From NCBI GenBank assembly GCA_964270895.1, contig OZ185445.1: a stretch of 64,000 nucleotides of DNA; one strand, 5' to 3'. Numbering within the stretch: the stretch's first letter is position 1; the number at the start of each line of letters is the position of its first letter. The notes beneath the pieces are model-generated. The model saw only the letters and a list, made by a program, of their open reading frames with translations. It did no database searches and was not told the origin of the DNA. This document shows, piece after piece, positions 22,383 to 35,680 of the stretch. Position numbers and translations under genes: made by a program. The DNA is from Podarcis filfolensis (lineage: Eukaryota).

Positions 22383-24459
22383 CAAGAATGGATGATGGTG
22401 TATATATTAAAAGTAAAACAGATCTTCTCCAGCATGAAGTTGACTTCTCTCCCTCCCTCCCTCTCTCACACTTAACCCACCCATTTCTTTTCCCGCCTCC
22501 TCCAGCTTCTACACGAACCTCTGGGCAAGTTAAGGTGGTTCATGGCTGGGACTGCGCACCACATTGTGTTATGTGCCTAGCCACTCTGTAAGCCAAGGTG
22601 ATGGTTTTCAAAAATGAAGTTTACAAAGGGGGTAAAACGCAGAAGATCCAGGGCCCTAGGCAAAGGGCTCAAGTTATGGGCCTCCTAGGCTACCCACTAT
22701 CATGTTATCTCCTTTCTCTGTCTGCATCCCGTAGCCTGCCCTCTTCTCTTTGTACTCCAACCAGTCTCTGTACACCCCATCTCTTTAACTGCTATTTTTC
22801 CTACTTGCTCATCTTATACATCTTTTTTCCAGCTTCCTCCCTTTTCCTTCACTATTTTTGTTCTGCTTCTGCCACTCTCACATTATGTCCATCCCTTGTC
22901 ATTGAGTTTGGTGGCAACAGCGCATGAGGCTTTCATTCTCCTGTCAGTGCACACCCATGAAGGACTTTCAGATATAGGTGGGCTACCTAGAGAGGTTGGC
23001 TGGCAGGTTGAAACTGGGAACACTGATGCCAACTCCATGCATCTTGGAGACCGGGAATCCCCTACCTGCTCTCTGAAGTGGTATGATCCATTCTAAAACT
23101 CTTGCCACTGCATTCCTTCCATGGGTAGACCAAGCCTGAATCCAAGGAGAAAAGGAGCAGCAGATGTATAGGATGCAGGCATTGTCCCGTCCCATCCCAT
23201 CCTTTTGATGGGTATAGCCAGGCCTTAGAGGATGTGGGAAGATGTGGGTTAGGATCATACACAATGTGTGTTTGGAATTCTCCCAGGGGACTGCAAATGG
23301 GAAAGGGAACACAATAAACCTGTCATGCAGGCCTAATCTAGGGCAGAAGGTGAAATACTACTTAGAATCATGGAAAGCAGATTATGACATCAGTGGACAT
23401 ATCACCTCCTTTAATTTATTTTTGTGACAGCTTTGCTGTGACTGAAACCTTGACGAGTCCTTACACAAGATTTCATGGTATTTGTGCTATCATATTACTG
23501 TCATCAAAAAAGCTATTGTTTTTGCCAAAAATATATTTTAAAAACTGTTGGCTGGATATAATGAGAAGAGGCATTGTGATATTAATTTACAAAAATGGCC
23601 CAAACAACTTTCTGGTGTTGGTGAGAACAGGGAGGGAAAAAGCTTAAAAGAGAATCACTCTTTATCTATCACACTGTTTACTTATCTGCTGGCAAGCGAT
23701 CAAAAGTGAAGAAATCAGAGTACATAATAGGGGGCAGACCCAGGGAAAGGAGGCACAGATTCAAAACAAGTCTGTGAGAACTAACAACCTTCATTGTGAC
23801 TTTTAGTTCCTCCTCATGAGAACTGCCTGAACCGTAAACCTTATCAACATGTGGGGGAAAATCCCAGCCTTTCATTCTGTCACCTCATGGCCAACAGCTG
23901 TTGTAATGAAATGAACCTACATAACATTTACCTTACAAAATCAGATACTTATCTTAGAAAATACAAAATATGCCAAACATATTTATTTTCTTGAATGGTC
24001 ATTAGACTGTATCGGAGTGTTATTTTTTTTATGGCTACCCAAAATAGAACCTTGTTGGTTTTTTGGTGTGGCAAAAACAAGGAGCCTCGTAGTACCTCAA
24101 AGACTAACAAATTATTATTAGGGCTGTGTGTTGTTATCAGTTAGATCAGATGCACTCCAGATGTAGTTGGACTTCCAACTTTCATCTGCCCCAAACTGCA
24201 TAGCCATTGATCAGGGAGTTAAAGTCCTAAAACACCTGGAGGATCACAGATTCTGATTTAAAGTGGGAAGACGGCTTAAAAAATATATGAGATGAATTTA
24301 TGGAGGATAAGTTAATCAATGACTATTAGCTGTGAGAACTAAATGGATTGCCAGTATACCAGATATTGGGACAATCAGGGGGAAAGGCACATACAGAAGC
24401 CAATTGGACTGGTAGTTGAATTTACTCCAATACTGGTGAAAAGATAGAATCTTCCACTG

Positions 24460-24594
24460 CATTTGAGGGCAGCAAGCTAGTGTAGGTAGTAAGGGCAGGC
24501 CACACAGCACTCACAGCTCTGTCCACTCCCTGTTCCTCAGCATTTGCCACCTGAGGCAACTGCCCCACTTTGCCTCGTTGTAGGGCCGGCCCTG
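24460..24594. mobile_element. hAT-like element right end (...gtagggccggccctg)
   Basis: Terminal gccacctgaggcaactgccccactttgcctcgttgtagggccggccctg. Left boundary unclear. Confidence 0.45.
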
Positions 24595-26777
24595 CCCTGC
24601 CCTGCTTACCCTGTTCATTGTATGTGCTTATTCATGTCCCAGCACTGACTACCTGATAGGGCTGAATTTTTCCTATCTCAGTGCAAAATTCAAAGAAAGG
24701 TCTGTGAGCAGCTGTATAAAAAGGCTCATGTGGAATTATTTAAAGTATAATTTGCAACCTAGCTTCTACATTTCCTTTACCATGTTTTCCTTCAGGGTTA
24801 AGCTTTCTATCACTTCATGGGGAGAAAAGCAATGCTTGAAGAACTGCTTATCATGTTTATGTTAAAACAAACAAACACATCCCCCCAGTGCATACGACCT
24901 ACAGAAGAAATGACAATTTATTTGGAAGGACTAATGGTTTTGGTTTTTCTAACAGACCCAATGCAAGAATGCATCTCGTATATCCCACATCCTGCTTCAC
25001 AAGAATCAGGCATTCATTCTTCATTAATAGCATAACTCCCTGGAGCCAAGCTTCCTGGAGCATGTGATAGCACCATCACATTTCAAATTATCTGGTGATA
25101 TTAGTACATAGTTTGTGAACAATGCTTTAAGCAATGGAAAAATGAAACACCAGCCTATTTTTTGGCACAAATGGGGAACCCTTTTTAAACTGAGGGCCAT
25201 ATTATCTCAGTGGAAAGCTGTTGAGAGCCAGACTCTAGCAGACGATTGGGTGAGACTGGCACATAATCAGACACCCTTAGTGTGTGCGCGCGCGCACACA
25301 CACACACACACATACTATAGAAACAGCCATTGCTTTAATTCTTAGTAACTGCACTCAAGATTCACTTTCCCATGCCCCCCCATTCTCCAGTACCCTTTAG
25401 CTGTCCTGCGTAAAAGGCAAAAAGAACTCCATAATTCCGCCCCCCCCAAAAAATAAGAATGCAAACAAAACCAATGCGAAGCTGAGCTACAAGTCCTGCC
25501 TTAGAGGTATGTAAAGACTCAAACTTCAAAATGCAATTGCATTCCCCAAATTGCACATGTGCAATTGCAAAGCGTATGGGCGACTTTTTGCATACTTTCA
25601 AGGAACGCAAGTCTGCCGGTTTGCTGGCAGATCTTGTTCTTACAACAGATGCCCTTGCAGAGGAAGTAGCTGCAACTGGAAAGCATCAGAGACCCTTTAC
25701 TTTTCAGCTTATAACCCAGAGGAGGCCCAGAGGGCTTGATGACATTCCACTGAGGGTTGCATCCAGCCTGCGGGCTGTGCTGGGGCTGCGTGTGTCCCAT
25801 ACCTTTTCTTTGGTTTTGAAGCTTGCCTGCTCTACTTGTTGCATGCAAACTTTGCAAGTTTACTGGTAATTTTGTAGGTGATCACCCAAAATTGACTTGG
25901 CTAACTTGAAAGAGCTATGTGAGAAATCTTATGTTGGTGTTCCCTGAATTCTTCTTCCTCATGAATAAGCAGAGGACTTAAAAGTCCAGAATTTTTACAT
26001 ATTTCCCTTTTCAGACTGGAGCTGTTCATAATGAGCAATAAGCAGATGCACAGATCATGGGTGCGCTCCTTTGCAGATGGTATAAATACCCATGTAATTA
26101 TTAAAACTATGGACAGTACGAAGTGGCAGAAGGGAACTGTTATAGAGGGACAAAACAGCTCCCCTTTTTAAAATAAACAATTTCAACAGTAAATCTGCTT
26201 AGAAATGTGAAATGTTGGGTGGGTGGGTGGGTGGGTGAGGAATGGAAGGGGGGCGGGAATAGCAAAGAATCACATCTGTTTCTTCCAAAGTGTAAAAGGA
26301 AAAATGTGGTGGACAGGACATAAAAACACTGCAATATTTTTTCTGCTTCAGAATGATGCTTAAGTATTTTTTTAAAAGCAGAGTCTCAAAATAATATTGA
26401 AACAGAGCCAAGTCACACTGCTGAAAAGCTTTCAGAGCCAAGACTCAGAGGTATAAATGTTAGAACCAATAATGCTATCGCTATGACTTCCTGGATTGTG
26501 AAATAAGCAACCACTTCTTCCCACTTCCTTCAGATTCCTCCATCTGCTGCAGCAAGTGAAACAAACTGATGGATGTAAAAACACAAATGCTTTCCTCAGG
26601 CATCTTCCTTTTTCTTCATGTGATAAACTCCCTCCCCACACCACTTGAAAATTGCTGAGAGCTTTCGTGTACTACTTAATGATTTTTGTTTGTGTGTGCT
26701 CGTCGTAGCAATTGTAATGCCCTGTGCTGGATGCTGTGTGATATTTAATTGTATTTTAATTTCTTTTATAGTGTTGC

Positions 26778-27110
26778 AAACCACAGAGCCTAGGCCTTGC
26801 CGATCAGAAGGTCGTGGTTCGAATCCCCGCGACGGGGTGAGCTCCCGTTGCTCGGTCCCTGCTCCTGCCAACCTAGCAGTTCGAAAGCACGTCAAAGTGC
26901 AAGTAGATAAATAGGTACCACTCTGGCGGGAAGGTAAATGGTGTTTCCGTGCGCTGCTCTGGTTCGCCAGAAGCGGCTTAGTCATGCTGGCCACATGACC
27001 TGGAAGCTGTACGCCGGCTCCCTCGGCCAATAAAGCGAGATGAGCGCCGCAACCCCGGAGTTGGTCACGACTGGACCTAATGGTCAGGGGTCCCTTTACC
27101 TTTACCTTTA
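26778..27110 (+). mobile_element. Sauria SINE, slightly 5'-truncated
   Basis: Begins at aaaccacagagcc. Body highly similar to the 1819 copy, with tail ccctttacctttaccttta. Confidence 0.92.
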
Positions 27111-27435
27111 CAATATCTATATTATGATATTGTTATATGTTGTAATAAAGGGGTGGAGTGAGGTTTTATGTGGGAAAGGGAGATTTAAATTTGAAACCTG
27201 TCTATCTATCCATCCATCCATTATAACAACATACTTTTCAGACACAAATTCAAGGTAGCTCAGCACTATATGCTATTGAATATTTCTTTGAGAGATGTGA
27301 ATTGCTTACCTGTTCTGCTCGAATGCATAGCATCAAATGTGTAGCTCTTCCTTATTTGTATACCTGTTGAGTTAAATCCTTTACGCCCATATTCCCTTTC
27401 TCTATTCCAAATTATAACACAACTGAGAAAGGGGT

Positions 27436-27436
<1 letters not shown>

Positions 27437-27478
<42 letters not shown>
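27437..27478. repeat. (GT)21 microsatellite
   Basis: Direct read. Confidence 0.95.
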
Positions 27479-27481
<3 letters not shown>

Positions 27482-28320
27482 ATTAAGGTGTCACAAAAGA
27501 AGGATTGGTTCTAACATTCTCCTTCGTGTTGGTCAGGAGGAAATCCAGAGGCTGTAAACAAATACAAAAGCCTTTTGGGACTGTCACTTGAATAGCCAAG
27601 GGACCAATTAACACCTTATTGTTAGGATTAAGCATTAAGGGTGTTTGCAGCAAGGCCCTTTAAATTGGTACCCTTGTTTGTAGTTCAAAGTGTGAGTACA
27701 TGGCAGTTTGCAAGGGAAGTGAAGATCAAAGCCCCCGCAGAACAAATAAATTACATGAAGGTAAATTCCATCTGATATAGGAAAAGGGCTTTAAGGGCCT
27801 TCTCCAAAGGGTGGCTAATACTTTGGCACAAAGTAGCATGTAGGAGTTGTGAGCGGTACAAAAGGCAGGCTGACAAAGGGGGAAAAACACCTCCTCTCAA
27901 ATGAATGAATGATTTCAGAGCAACCCATTCATTTTGCCTTGCCATAGGGTGGCTGATTGCTGAGTCAGCAGTTTCCTTAGGAGACACTTTATATTTTAGG
28001 GGGTGGTTCGCAACTCAGCTGACTGACACCATACGCTTAGATGCTGCACCTTAGAGCCACTGGTTAATTTAGAAAGCCTATGTGAGGCCTCTTTATTAGT
28101 CTGGTTGTTTTAAAGGTGTGGGTTTTTCTTTTAATTAAAAAAAAAACAAGAAAGCAACATGCGAAAGAAAAATTCCACCAATTGATTTGTTCCACTGTTT
28201 TTCTACCATCATATGGTAAATAATCCTGCACACCAACCCCCTTGATTTTATTTAAGAACAACATTCCTCTTTTCAGTGGAGATTAATATGTATTAGAAAA
28301 TCACATAGTTTTCATCAGTA

Positions 28321-28555
28321 CAGTGGTACCTCAGGTTAAGTACTTAATTCATTCCGGAGGTCCGTTCTTAACCTGAAGCACCACTTTAGCTAATGGGGCC
28401 TCCTGCTGCCACCATGCCGCTGGAGCACGATTTCTGTTCTCATCCTGAAGCAAAGTTCTTAACCCGAGGTACTATTTCTTACTATTTCTGGGTTAGCGGA
28501 GTCTGTAACCTGAAGCGTATGTAACCTGAAGTGTATGTAACCCGAGGTACCACTG
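28321..28555 (-). mobile_element. Tigger-like MITE, family B
   Basis: TIRs cagtggtacctcaggtta / taacccgaggtaccactg with TA on both flanks. Internal taacctgaag repeats. Inverted relative to the 43293 and 47012 copies; strand is arbitrary. Confidence 0.92.
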
Positions 28556-28869
28556 TACTATAAGCTTGGATACAATGACAACAGCCAGTTAAATCTGCTG
28601 GTTCAAAAACGGTGAATCAAAACACCATAAAGTGTAATCACTGATATTGAAAGTTTTCATTCCCTTTTTTGCACTTTTTATTTATGACTAAGGGAGGAAT
28701 TCAGCATAGAGCTAAGGAGATCACTCTGTCCATGCAAGCATCTCTTCTCTCTCCCCCCCCCCCCACTGCATGCTGTTTGGGGCACACACGCAGGCACACA
28801 GGGGCAGGAAAGGGAGGAAGCCCTGTTGCAACAGCGGAAGTCCTTTTTAAAAAATATTCCCCCCCCATT

Positions 28870-29190
28870 TTTCCATTTTACAGCATTCAACAACGAATAT
28901 AAATCTACACAAATCAAACAATGTTTTCTGTGTCTTTCCTCCCTAGCCTTCTGTGGTTTCTAATTTTTCTATCCTTTTCTTACTGCATATCCAAATTTAT
29001 CCTTATAATTCCTTTAGATTTCTTGCTGCTTGTGTTTGTATCAATCCTGCTAATGTTTTTATTTGTTTACAAATTGTTTTCATATATTCAATAAATTTTC
29101 CCCATTCTGTTACAAAATGTCTTTCATCTTAACCTCTTAAGTAAGTTTCACCATCTCTGCGTGTTCCATCAATTTTAATTGCCAGTCACC
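28870..29190 (-). mobile_element. Degraded L1-clade LINE 3' end
   Basis: Minus strand reads DWQLKLMEHAEMVKLT, then after frameshifts EWGKFIEYMKTICKQIKTLAG, resembling squamate L1 ORF2 C-termini. Confidence 0.6.
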
Positions 29191-29475
29191 TCTTTTGGGG
29201 CTTTGGGGGGGGGGCGAGATTGTGGTGTGAGATCACGGCGCCCAAAATGGCCTTCTTGCTTGAAAAAATCAGTTTTACCAGGACAGTTGCGTGGGGTCGG
29301 ATTCTGTACCTTACCTGCCTGTAAGCACCACTGAGCTCAAGGCGACTTACGTCTGAGTAGATGTGCAAAGGGATGCACAGTCCATCAAGTTTGCCAGTAT
29401 GGGGTTTCTGCAGTCTGTTGGTTTATTCTTGGGAAGGTAATGCTATAGCCAGGTAAACCCAGGGAAGAAAATCTA

Positions 29476-30025
29476 CCGTATTTTTCGTCCCATAGGACGC
29501 TCCGTCCCATAGGACGCACCTAGTTTTTTTGGGGGAAAATAAAGGAAAAAATGTTTTCCTTTATTTCTCCCCCAAAACCAGGTCGGGGAACAGCGGGATG
29601 GCAGCGCTGCGCCTCCCCGCTGTCCCCCGAGCTTGTGGGGCTGGCTGATGTCTGCCCGGCGCGAGGGGCGCTCTGCTTCAGGGCGCGCTGCTCGCCGGGC
29701 AGCAGACTGCTATCCACAGCGTGGGAAGCCCTGCGGGAACTCCCGCAGGGCTGCCTAGGCTGCAGATGTCTGCCTGGCGCGAGGAGCGCTCTGCTCTGGG
29801 AAGCAGGCTGCTATCTGCAGCCTAGACAGCCCTGCGGGAACTCTCGCAGGGCTGCCTAGGCTGCGGATGTCTGCCTGAAGCCTGGAGAGCGAGAGGTCGA
29901 TGCGCACCGACCCCTCTCGCTCTCCAAGCTTCAGCAAAAGCCTGCATTCGCCCCATAGGACGCACCCAGATTTCCCCTTCATTTTTGGAGGGGAAAAAGT
30001 GTGTCCTATGGGGCGAAAAATATGG
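29476..30025. mobile_element. Tc1/mariner Tc2-like non-autonomous element with GC-rich core
   Basis: TIRs ccgtatttttcgtcccataggac / gtcctatggggcgaaaaatatgg with TA on both flanks. Subterminal ataggacgcac repeats. Confidence 0.85.
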
Positions 30026-32338
30026 TATGTTATAGCTGATTTTAAGCGCAGCTGACAAGGCAGTTCTAAAAGTGAGCCAAAGGGGTACATCTTGATTTGC
30101 CCTGGGCCCATCTGGAAACCCATAATTTCCATTTAGTTTTATTTTAAGGTCTTTCATGTTTCTGGGGCAGTTTTCAAAGAACGAATGTGATGGCATTTAG
30201 TATATGAAGATTGGAAATAATAATAATTATGTGAGCATTTCTACATCATTTACTTTTTTTGTTGACAGTTTTGGACGGGTCCATAGTTTTGGCTGCAACC
30301 CTACGTGCACACTAAACTGGAGTCAGCCCCACTAAACAAAATGAGCCTCACTCCCATGTAGACATGCATAGGACTGCACTGTGAATATGTGTTTTAAGGA
30401 AGCCTAGAGAACTGCCTTAATTCCCTTATACATTTTGCTTCATGATTTCATTTACAAGTGAAGATCCTTTGAAGTGACCGCCACAGTAACTCTTTACCTT
30501 ATTTCAAGGCTGCTTCTCATGCAGGAAAGAAGCTGATGCTTAGCTAAAGCAAATGTTTTGACATAAACTGACAAAAGCCAGGAAACTGACACTTCATGGT
30601 GACCCAGAATAACTCACTGGGTCTTGGTGAGTGTTTTTGTTTCTCAAGTGGAGCCAGTTAAAGACAGAGACTCAACTGCAGCTTTTGAATATCTGAGTTT
30701 TTGCTATGCAACCAGAACAGTGCTTAACATTTATTCTCTCTATGATATTAATGCAGAAAAGGTACCATTTATTTACACTTAACAAATGTTTAAGGAGCGA
30801 GGAAACCGGAGAAAGTTTTTCTTGGATTAGAGGAAAGAGAGAGCTGTTGAAACCAGCAATAGCCCAAATGAGTTTCTGGCAGGAAATGATCCTTTATATT
30901 TTTACTCCTAGGGCCAGCTTCCTTTAAAAATATAAATCCACTTTTGTTCTGTGAATGCAGTTACTGCAAATATGTTTAGTAACAGACTTGTTTCTTTCTG
31001 GGAGATTGAAGCTGTGCTATTTCTGTCAAAAGACCCAATCACAGAAATCTTTAACAGTCTATTTTCAAAGAACAACAATCAGATTTATAGGGACATTAGC
31101 AGAAAAAAAAATCACTGCTGTTTATTTTCACTTTGCTGCAGTATTGGAGTAATTGGAGCATCTCTGGATAACTTATGGGTAATTTCCTCTTTTAAGTTGC
31201 ATGCAGGAAAGCATGCAACCCCCATTAACCTCACTGGGAGTTAATCCCTCCCTGGAGGTCAATGAAGTTTCATCAGGGATGAATTTGCCCCCATGGGATG
31301 GGGAATGCTTTGGAGAATTCACAGAATGACTACTCTGCGTTTTAGGTAATAGAAGTTTTATATGAAAGGCAAATGAGATTGACTCCCTTGAGGACACACT
31401 TGGAAGGGATAGGCTTTCATTGCGACTGTGGTTTCACGGGAATTAAAAGGATCAAAGAAACAATCACAAAAATAAGCATTAACAAGGAAAGCCTTTTGAA
31501 ACTCCTAAAAACAATCCTATCAGCAAGAAATTGGTCGTTCCACGCATGCCTGCATGTTAGCAACTCCCCAGAGGGGTGAACACAGCATTTGCGCAGTTGT
31601 TACATGTCAAATTGTTAGTTCTCCCTCGGACTGACCATCACACTGAATGCAGTTCATTGTGATCTATGGGCTTGAAACACTCTGTGATTTGGAAATATAG
31701 GAGTCTGACCATCTAGCTCAGAACTGTGTGCACTGATTAGCAGCGGCCCTCTGGGGGTTTCAAATGGGGGTCTCTCCCAGCCTTACCTGAAGATGTTGCT
31801 TTGGAACAAACTTATCAGAACAGTATTAACCACAGTTTTGCCCCAACAAAGTGCATGTTAGCTCTCTTTGCACAAAGTACAGTGAATGACCTGAGGCCTT
31901 ACTATTTGTGGACATACTAACAGTTTGCCACACCTCATAAAACATGTCCACTTGTGCTTGGTCTTTAGAGATTTGGATTTGATGAGGTAGCAATAAACTA
32001 CACTTTTATGTATATATACCATGTTCCTAGGGTGACACCACCCTGCCACAAAAAAATCCAGTGTTTAGAAATAACCAGATGAACCACACTAACATGAAGC
32101 TGAAGAAAATTGTGGTTTTAAATCACCACTTTCCACCTCTCAGTGTCTCTTCTCACTTCCATGTCATGGCTACTGCTGTTGTCTAACCGGCTTTCATTTT
32201 TGCTCCTCTACCGTGCCTGACACTATCTGGGATTGTGGTGAGGCACTATAAATCCTCCAATGGGAACTGTGTGATGACATTGTTACGTTTTTATTATATA
32301 GAAAATTATTTATTATGAATAATAGGAAGAGGGATAGG

Positions 32339-32474
32339 CAGGGTTTTTTTTCAGCCAGAACTCACTGGAACTCAGTTCCAGCACATCTTAGGTGGGCACC
32401 ATTGCCATTATAAGACAAAAAGGGAGGCATTCATGGTGCGTTCCGGCACCTCTTTTTCTAGATAAATAGCACTG
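32339..32474. mobile_element. Short hAT-type MITE (cagggctttttttc family)
   Basis: Termini cagggttttttttc / gataaatagcactg. Perfect 8-bp TSD gggatagg. Confidence 0.9.
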
Positions 32475-33034
32475 GGGATAGGGATAGATATCTAAACAAA
32501 CAATGAGTAGACAATATAGCATCAAAATAAAGATTCCAAACTGCAGGGAAGCCATTGCATTGTACTGGCAGCGAAGCAGACAAAACACAGATCTTACCTG
32601 TTAACCATAAATTGGCTCTAGGCTGCTTGTGCATTGAATTCTAGCCACTAGATTTGAAGGAATGCTACCCAGTGCTGATGCTTTGCCACATGAAGGCAGA
32701 AATGCCCATGCTGAAACATCCAGAGGAACTGGGCAGTTTATCAGCTTTATAAACCCTTGTTCTGCAGAAAGACCTCTTTTTCCCATTATTCTAAAATAAC
32801 TATGATAAAGCTATTCTGTACAGAATTTGTCCCTCTTTCCGCTTAGAGAAACTGGTCCCTCCCACTTGACTTGTTTTCCTGAGCTGTAGATAGGGTAGGC
32901 ACTTATGCAGCATCACTCAACACCCCCTCCAAAGAGGCACAGAGATTTGTGTGTGCTGGTTTGCATGTGCTAATTTATGTCTACAGGTGAACATTTAGAA
33001 ATATAGCCGAATGCTTGAGCGTATGGGGTGTTAG

Positions 33035-33856
33035 GGAAAGGATAGTACCTCTGGTACGACCGTCTTCTGGGGTAGTTTGCCCACCTTTGGTCCCCACCCT
33101 GCACTCAACTCCCACCTGTGACTCCTAGAAGCTGTCAGCATGTGACAGTGGTCACACTCCAGGAAACCACATTGACTAGCCAGCTAAGACAGGTGAGGGT
33201 AGCTGATGGATCTCAAACCCTCAGTGAGTTAGGGATTTCCTCTGCATGCAAAGACAGCCTCCAGTGGCTTGAGTGAATGAGACCAATCATGGGTCCAGTG
33301 GTTAAGAAGGCGGTTACTACATGTGCTGTAGAGGGAAATGTGGGTCAGATGGGGCTTGTCAACCTGGGAAGGTAGCCCATCTAAGTCAAGGAAAACTCTG
33401 ATCCTAAACCTCTGCTGCCTTGCAGCTATACTCATTCATGAGAAAGGCTTCAGGAATAAACCCTGAGGAGCAATTTGGAAAGTCAAAGAAGTAAACCTTA
33501 CACGGATCCAGAGAGGAGTCCTTAAGACAGTTGGATGGCACCTTGTATGCCTCCTTCCGGCAACTCTTGCAGTCAAGCTGGTTCCAAACGTATTGCTCTG
33601 CTTTCCTTTGGACCACATCAGCAAGGCCAAGAGGGGAGTCTTGTCATCTGGGCAGCCCAGGATCTCCATACATACTGCCCAGGTTTGTGCCCCAGAGAGG
33701 TCACTTCAGTGCCACTATTGCAGCAAAAACTATGTGAGAGGCAGAGTTACAAGTAACCGGCCTCTGTAGCCACAGTGGGTGCTGTGATTCTCCAGCAGTT
33801 TGGTGTCACCCCCAGAGGTGCACTCCATTGTCTCTTGAGACAGACAGATGCCAACA
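33035..33856 (+). mobile_element. RTE-clade-related non-coding element (5' UTR-like block plus 3' tail-like end)
   Basis: gatggggcttgtcaacctgggaaggtagcccatct...ggaaaactctgatcctaaacctctgctgcc and terminal ccattgtctcttgagacagacagatgccaac resemble RTE UTRs as recalled. No RT ORF and no TSD found. Confidence 0.5.
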
Positions 33857-33927
33857 GTGGAATGCCTGCTCAGTCTGCTATTCAGGGGTTGATTAACTTG
33901 GACTTGGAATGGACAGTTCTATCAATA

Positions 33928-34174
33928 GAGAGCCAGTGTGGTGTAGTGGTTAAGAGCGGTAGACTCGTAATCTGGGGAACCGGGTTCGCGTCTCTGCTCC
34001 TCCACATGCAGCTGCGGGGTGACCTTGGGCCAGTTACACTTCATTGAAGTCTCTCAGCCCCACTCACCTCACAGAGTGTTTGTTGTGGGGGAGGAAGGGA
34101 AAGGAGAATGTTAGCTGCTTTGAGACTTCTGAAGGGGAGTGAAAGGCGGGATATCAAATCCAAACTCTTCTTCT
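33928..34174 (+). mobile_element. MIR/Ther1-derived SINE (younger subfamily, tail ccaaactcttcttct)
   Basis: gagagccagtgtggtgtagtggttaagagc head, gggtgaccttgggccag core and gaaaggcgggatatcaaat tail. Homolog at 59168-59337. Confidence 0.82.
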
Positions 34175-35354
34175 ATCCCCTGACAGTCCTCCAAATGGAG
34201 GACTGAAAGTAGGATGCATGTCCACCCCAGCTGTAGATAATTTTGGCATACGCACCAACATGTTGAGTTCCAAAACCAGGATGCGTGTCTTCCCATTCGT
34301 GTTCTTGCATGAGTCATGCGACCCACAAGAGATCATGGATCCCAAAAGATGCACTTTTTTGGGGGGGTTGTCCTCTTATGGCACCCAAAAATGCACGTTT
34401 GGGGGCACTGCACGAGATCTCAGTGCAAGATCATGGTGCCCAAAATGGCCGTCGTGCTCTTGCAGGAAAAGTGGGATGCAGAGTATATATGGGCTGTCTT
34501 TGGAAAGCTAAGAACTGTGGATGACTTGTGAAGCTCAAGAAGAAAGATGGATTGTCAGGTTCTGCTGAACTAACCTTGAATGTTTTTGTTCTTGCCATCT
34601 TAAGGTTAAATGGTGTAGTGTCTTACTATAGCCTGAAAGTAGCACGAGTACACATTACGACCACAGTAATAATTCCTAGCCATTTTCAAATGTCAACCAT
34701 TCAGTCTCAGTTGCTTCTGCCGACTGGGGGCAGGAGAAGTGCTTTGTCGTGCAGCAGGGCTTCTTCACCTATTGTGCTTTAGGCTTTTGTGAGATTATTC
34801 CTCCAGGGAAGATTCTGTCTCTGAATGCAGCCACGGTGCGCTATTGTTGGGATACTTGGCAGGGCAGTGAGCTGACATAGGTCATGACACTGCCTAAAGT
34901 GATTGTATTCAGGCCATACAGAGTAAAATTGCCATTTGTGCGCCTAACCTCCTGCCAGCAAAAGCTTCTTGCGTTCTTTTGTTCCCTGAGGAAGACTCCT
35001 TCCCCCATCCCCGCCAGTGGTCTTAAAGGCTGGCCCATAAGAACAAAATCAGGAGTTGGTAAAAGAAAAAAATGCTCCTCAAGGATGGGGGGGCGGGGGG
35101 GGGGGGGAAGCCACAAAGACGTGAATGACAGGAATCGTCTGCCGAGAGGCAGCTGGTGTTAGACCCATTTGCGCGTTCAAACATAAATGGTTGTCTTGGG
35201 TGTTTGAGGAGTTGGTTATTCATTAGCTCTGTTTCCATTGGGGTTAATGAACTTATAGGGATGGATCGTGTTTCTCTTTCAAACAGTGGACATTATGCAA
35301 GGAAATGTAGTGGGAGTACATGCGCATGGGGATTTCAGCTGCATATACACCAAC

Positions 35355-35635
35355 CTCCAGTGCAGAGGGTCTTCTGGTGGTTCCCTTACTGCGAGAAGCC
35401 AAGTTACAGGGAACCTGGCAGAGGGCCTTCTCGGTAGTGGCACCCGCCCTGTGGAATGGCCTCGCACCAGATGTCAAAGAGAAAAACAACTACCAGACTT
35501 TTAGAAGACACCTGAAGGCAGCCCTGTTTAGGGAAGCTTTTAATGTTTAACAGACTATTGTATTTTAATATTTTGTTGGAAGCCACCCAGAGTGGCTGGG
35601 GAAACCCAGCCAGATGGGCGGGGTATAAATAATAA

Positions 35636-35678
<43 letters not shown>
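35355..35678 (+). mobile_element. L2 LINE 3' end with (TTA)n tail
   Basis: ORF 35320..35550 contains QRAFSVVAPALWNGLAPDVKEKNNYQTFRRHLKAALFREAFNV*. Same family as 10465. Confidence 0.9.

Positions 35679-35680
<2 letters not shown>

Noticed and set aside
25519-25869. Overlapping 112-aa ORFs on both strands
   Set aside because: No recognisable domain and no convincing splice pair. ORFs of this length are expected by chance in 64 kb across six frames.
32598-32763. Possible minus-strand exon (donor CAG|GTAAGA at 32598)
   Set aside because: The acceptor tract is purine-rich, all three frames contain stops, and donor-like motifs are expected by chance.
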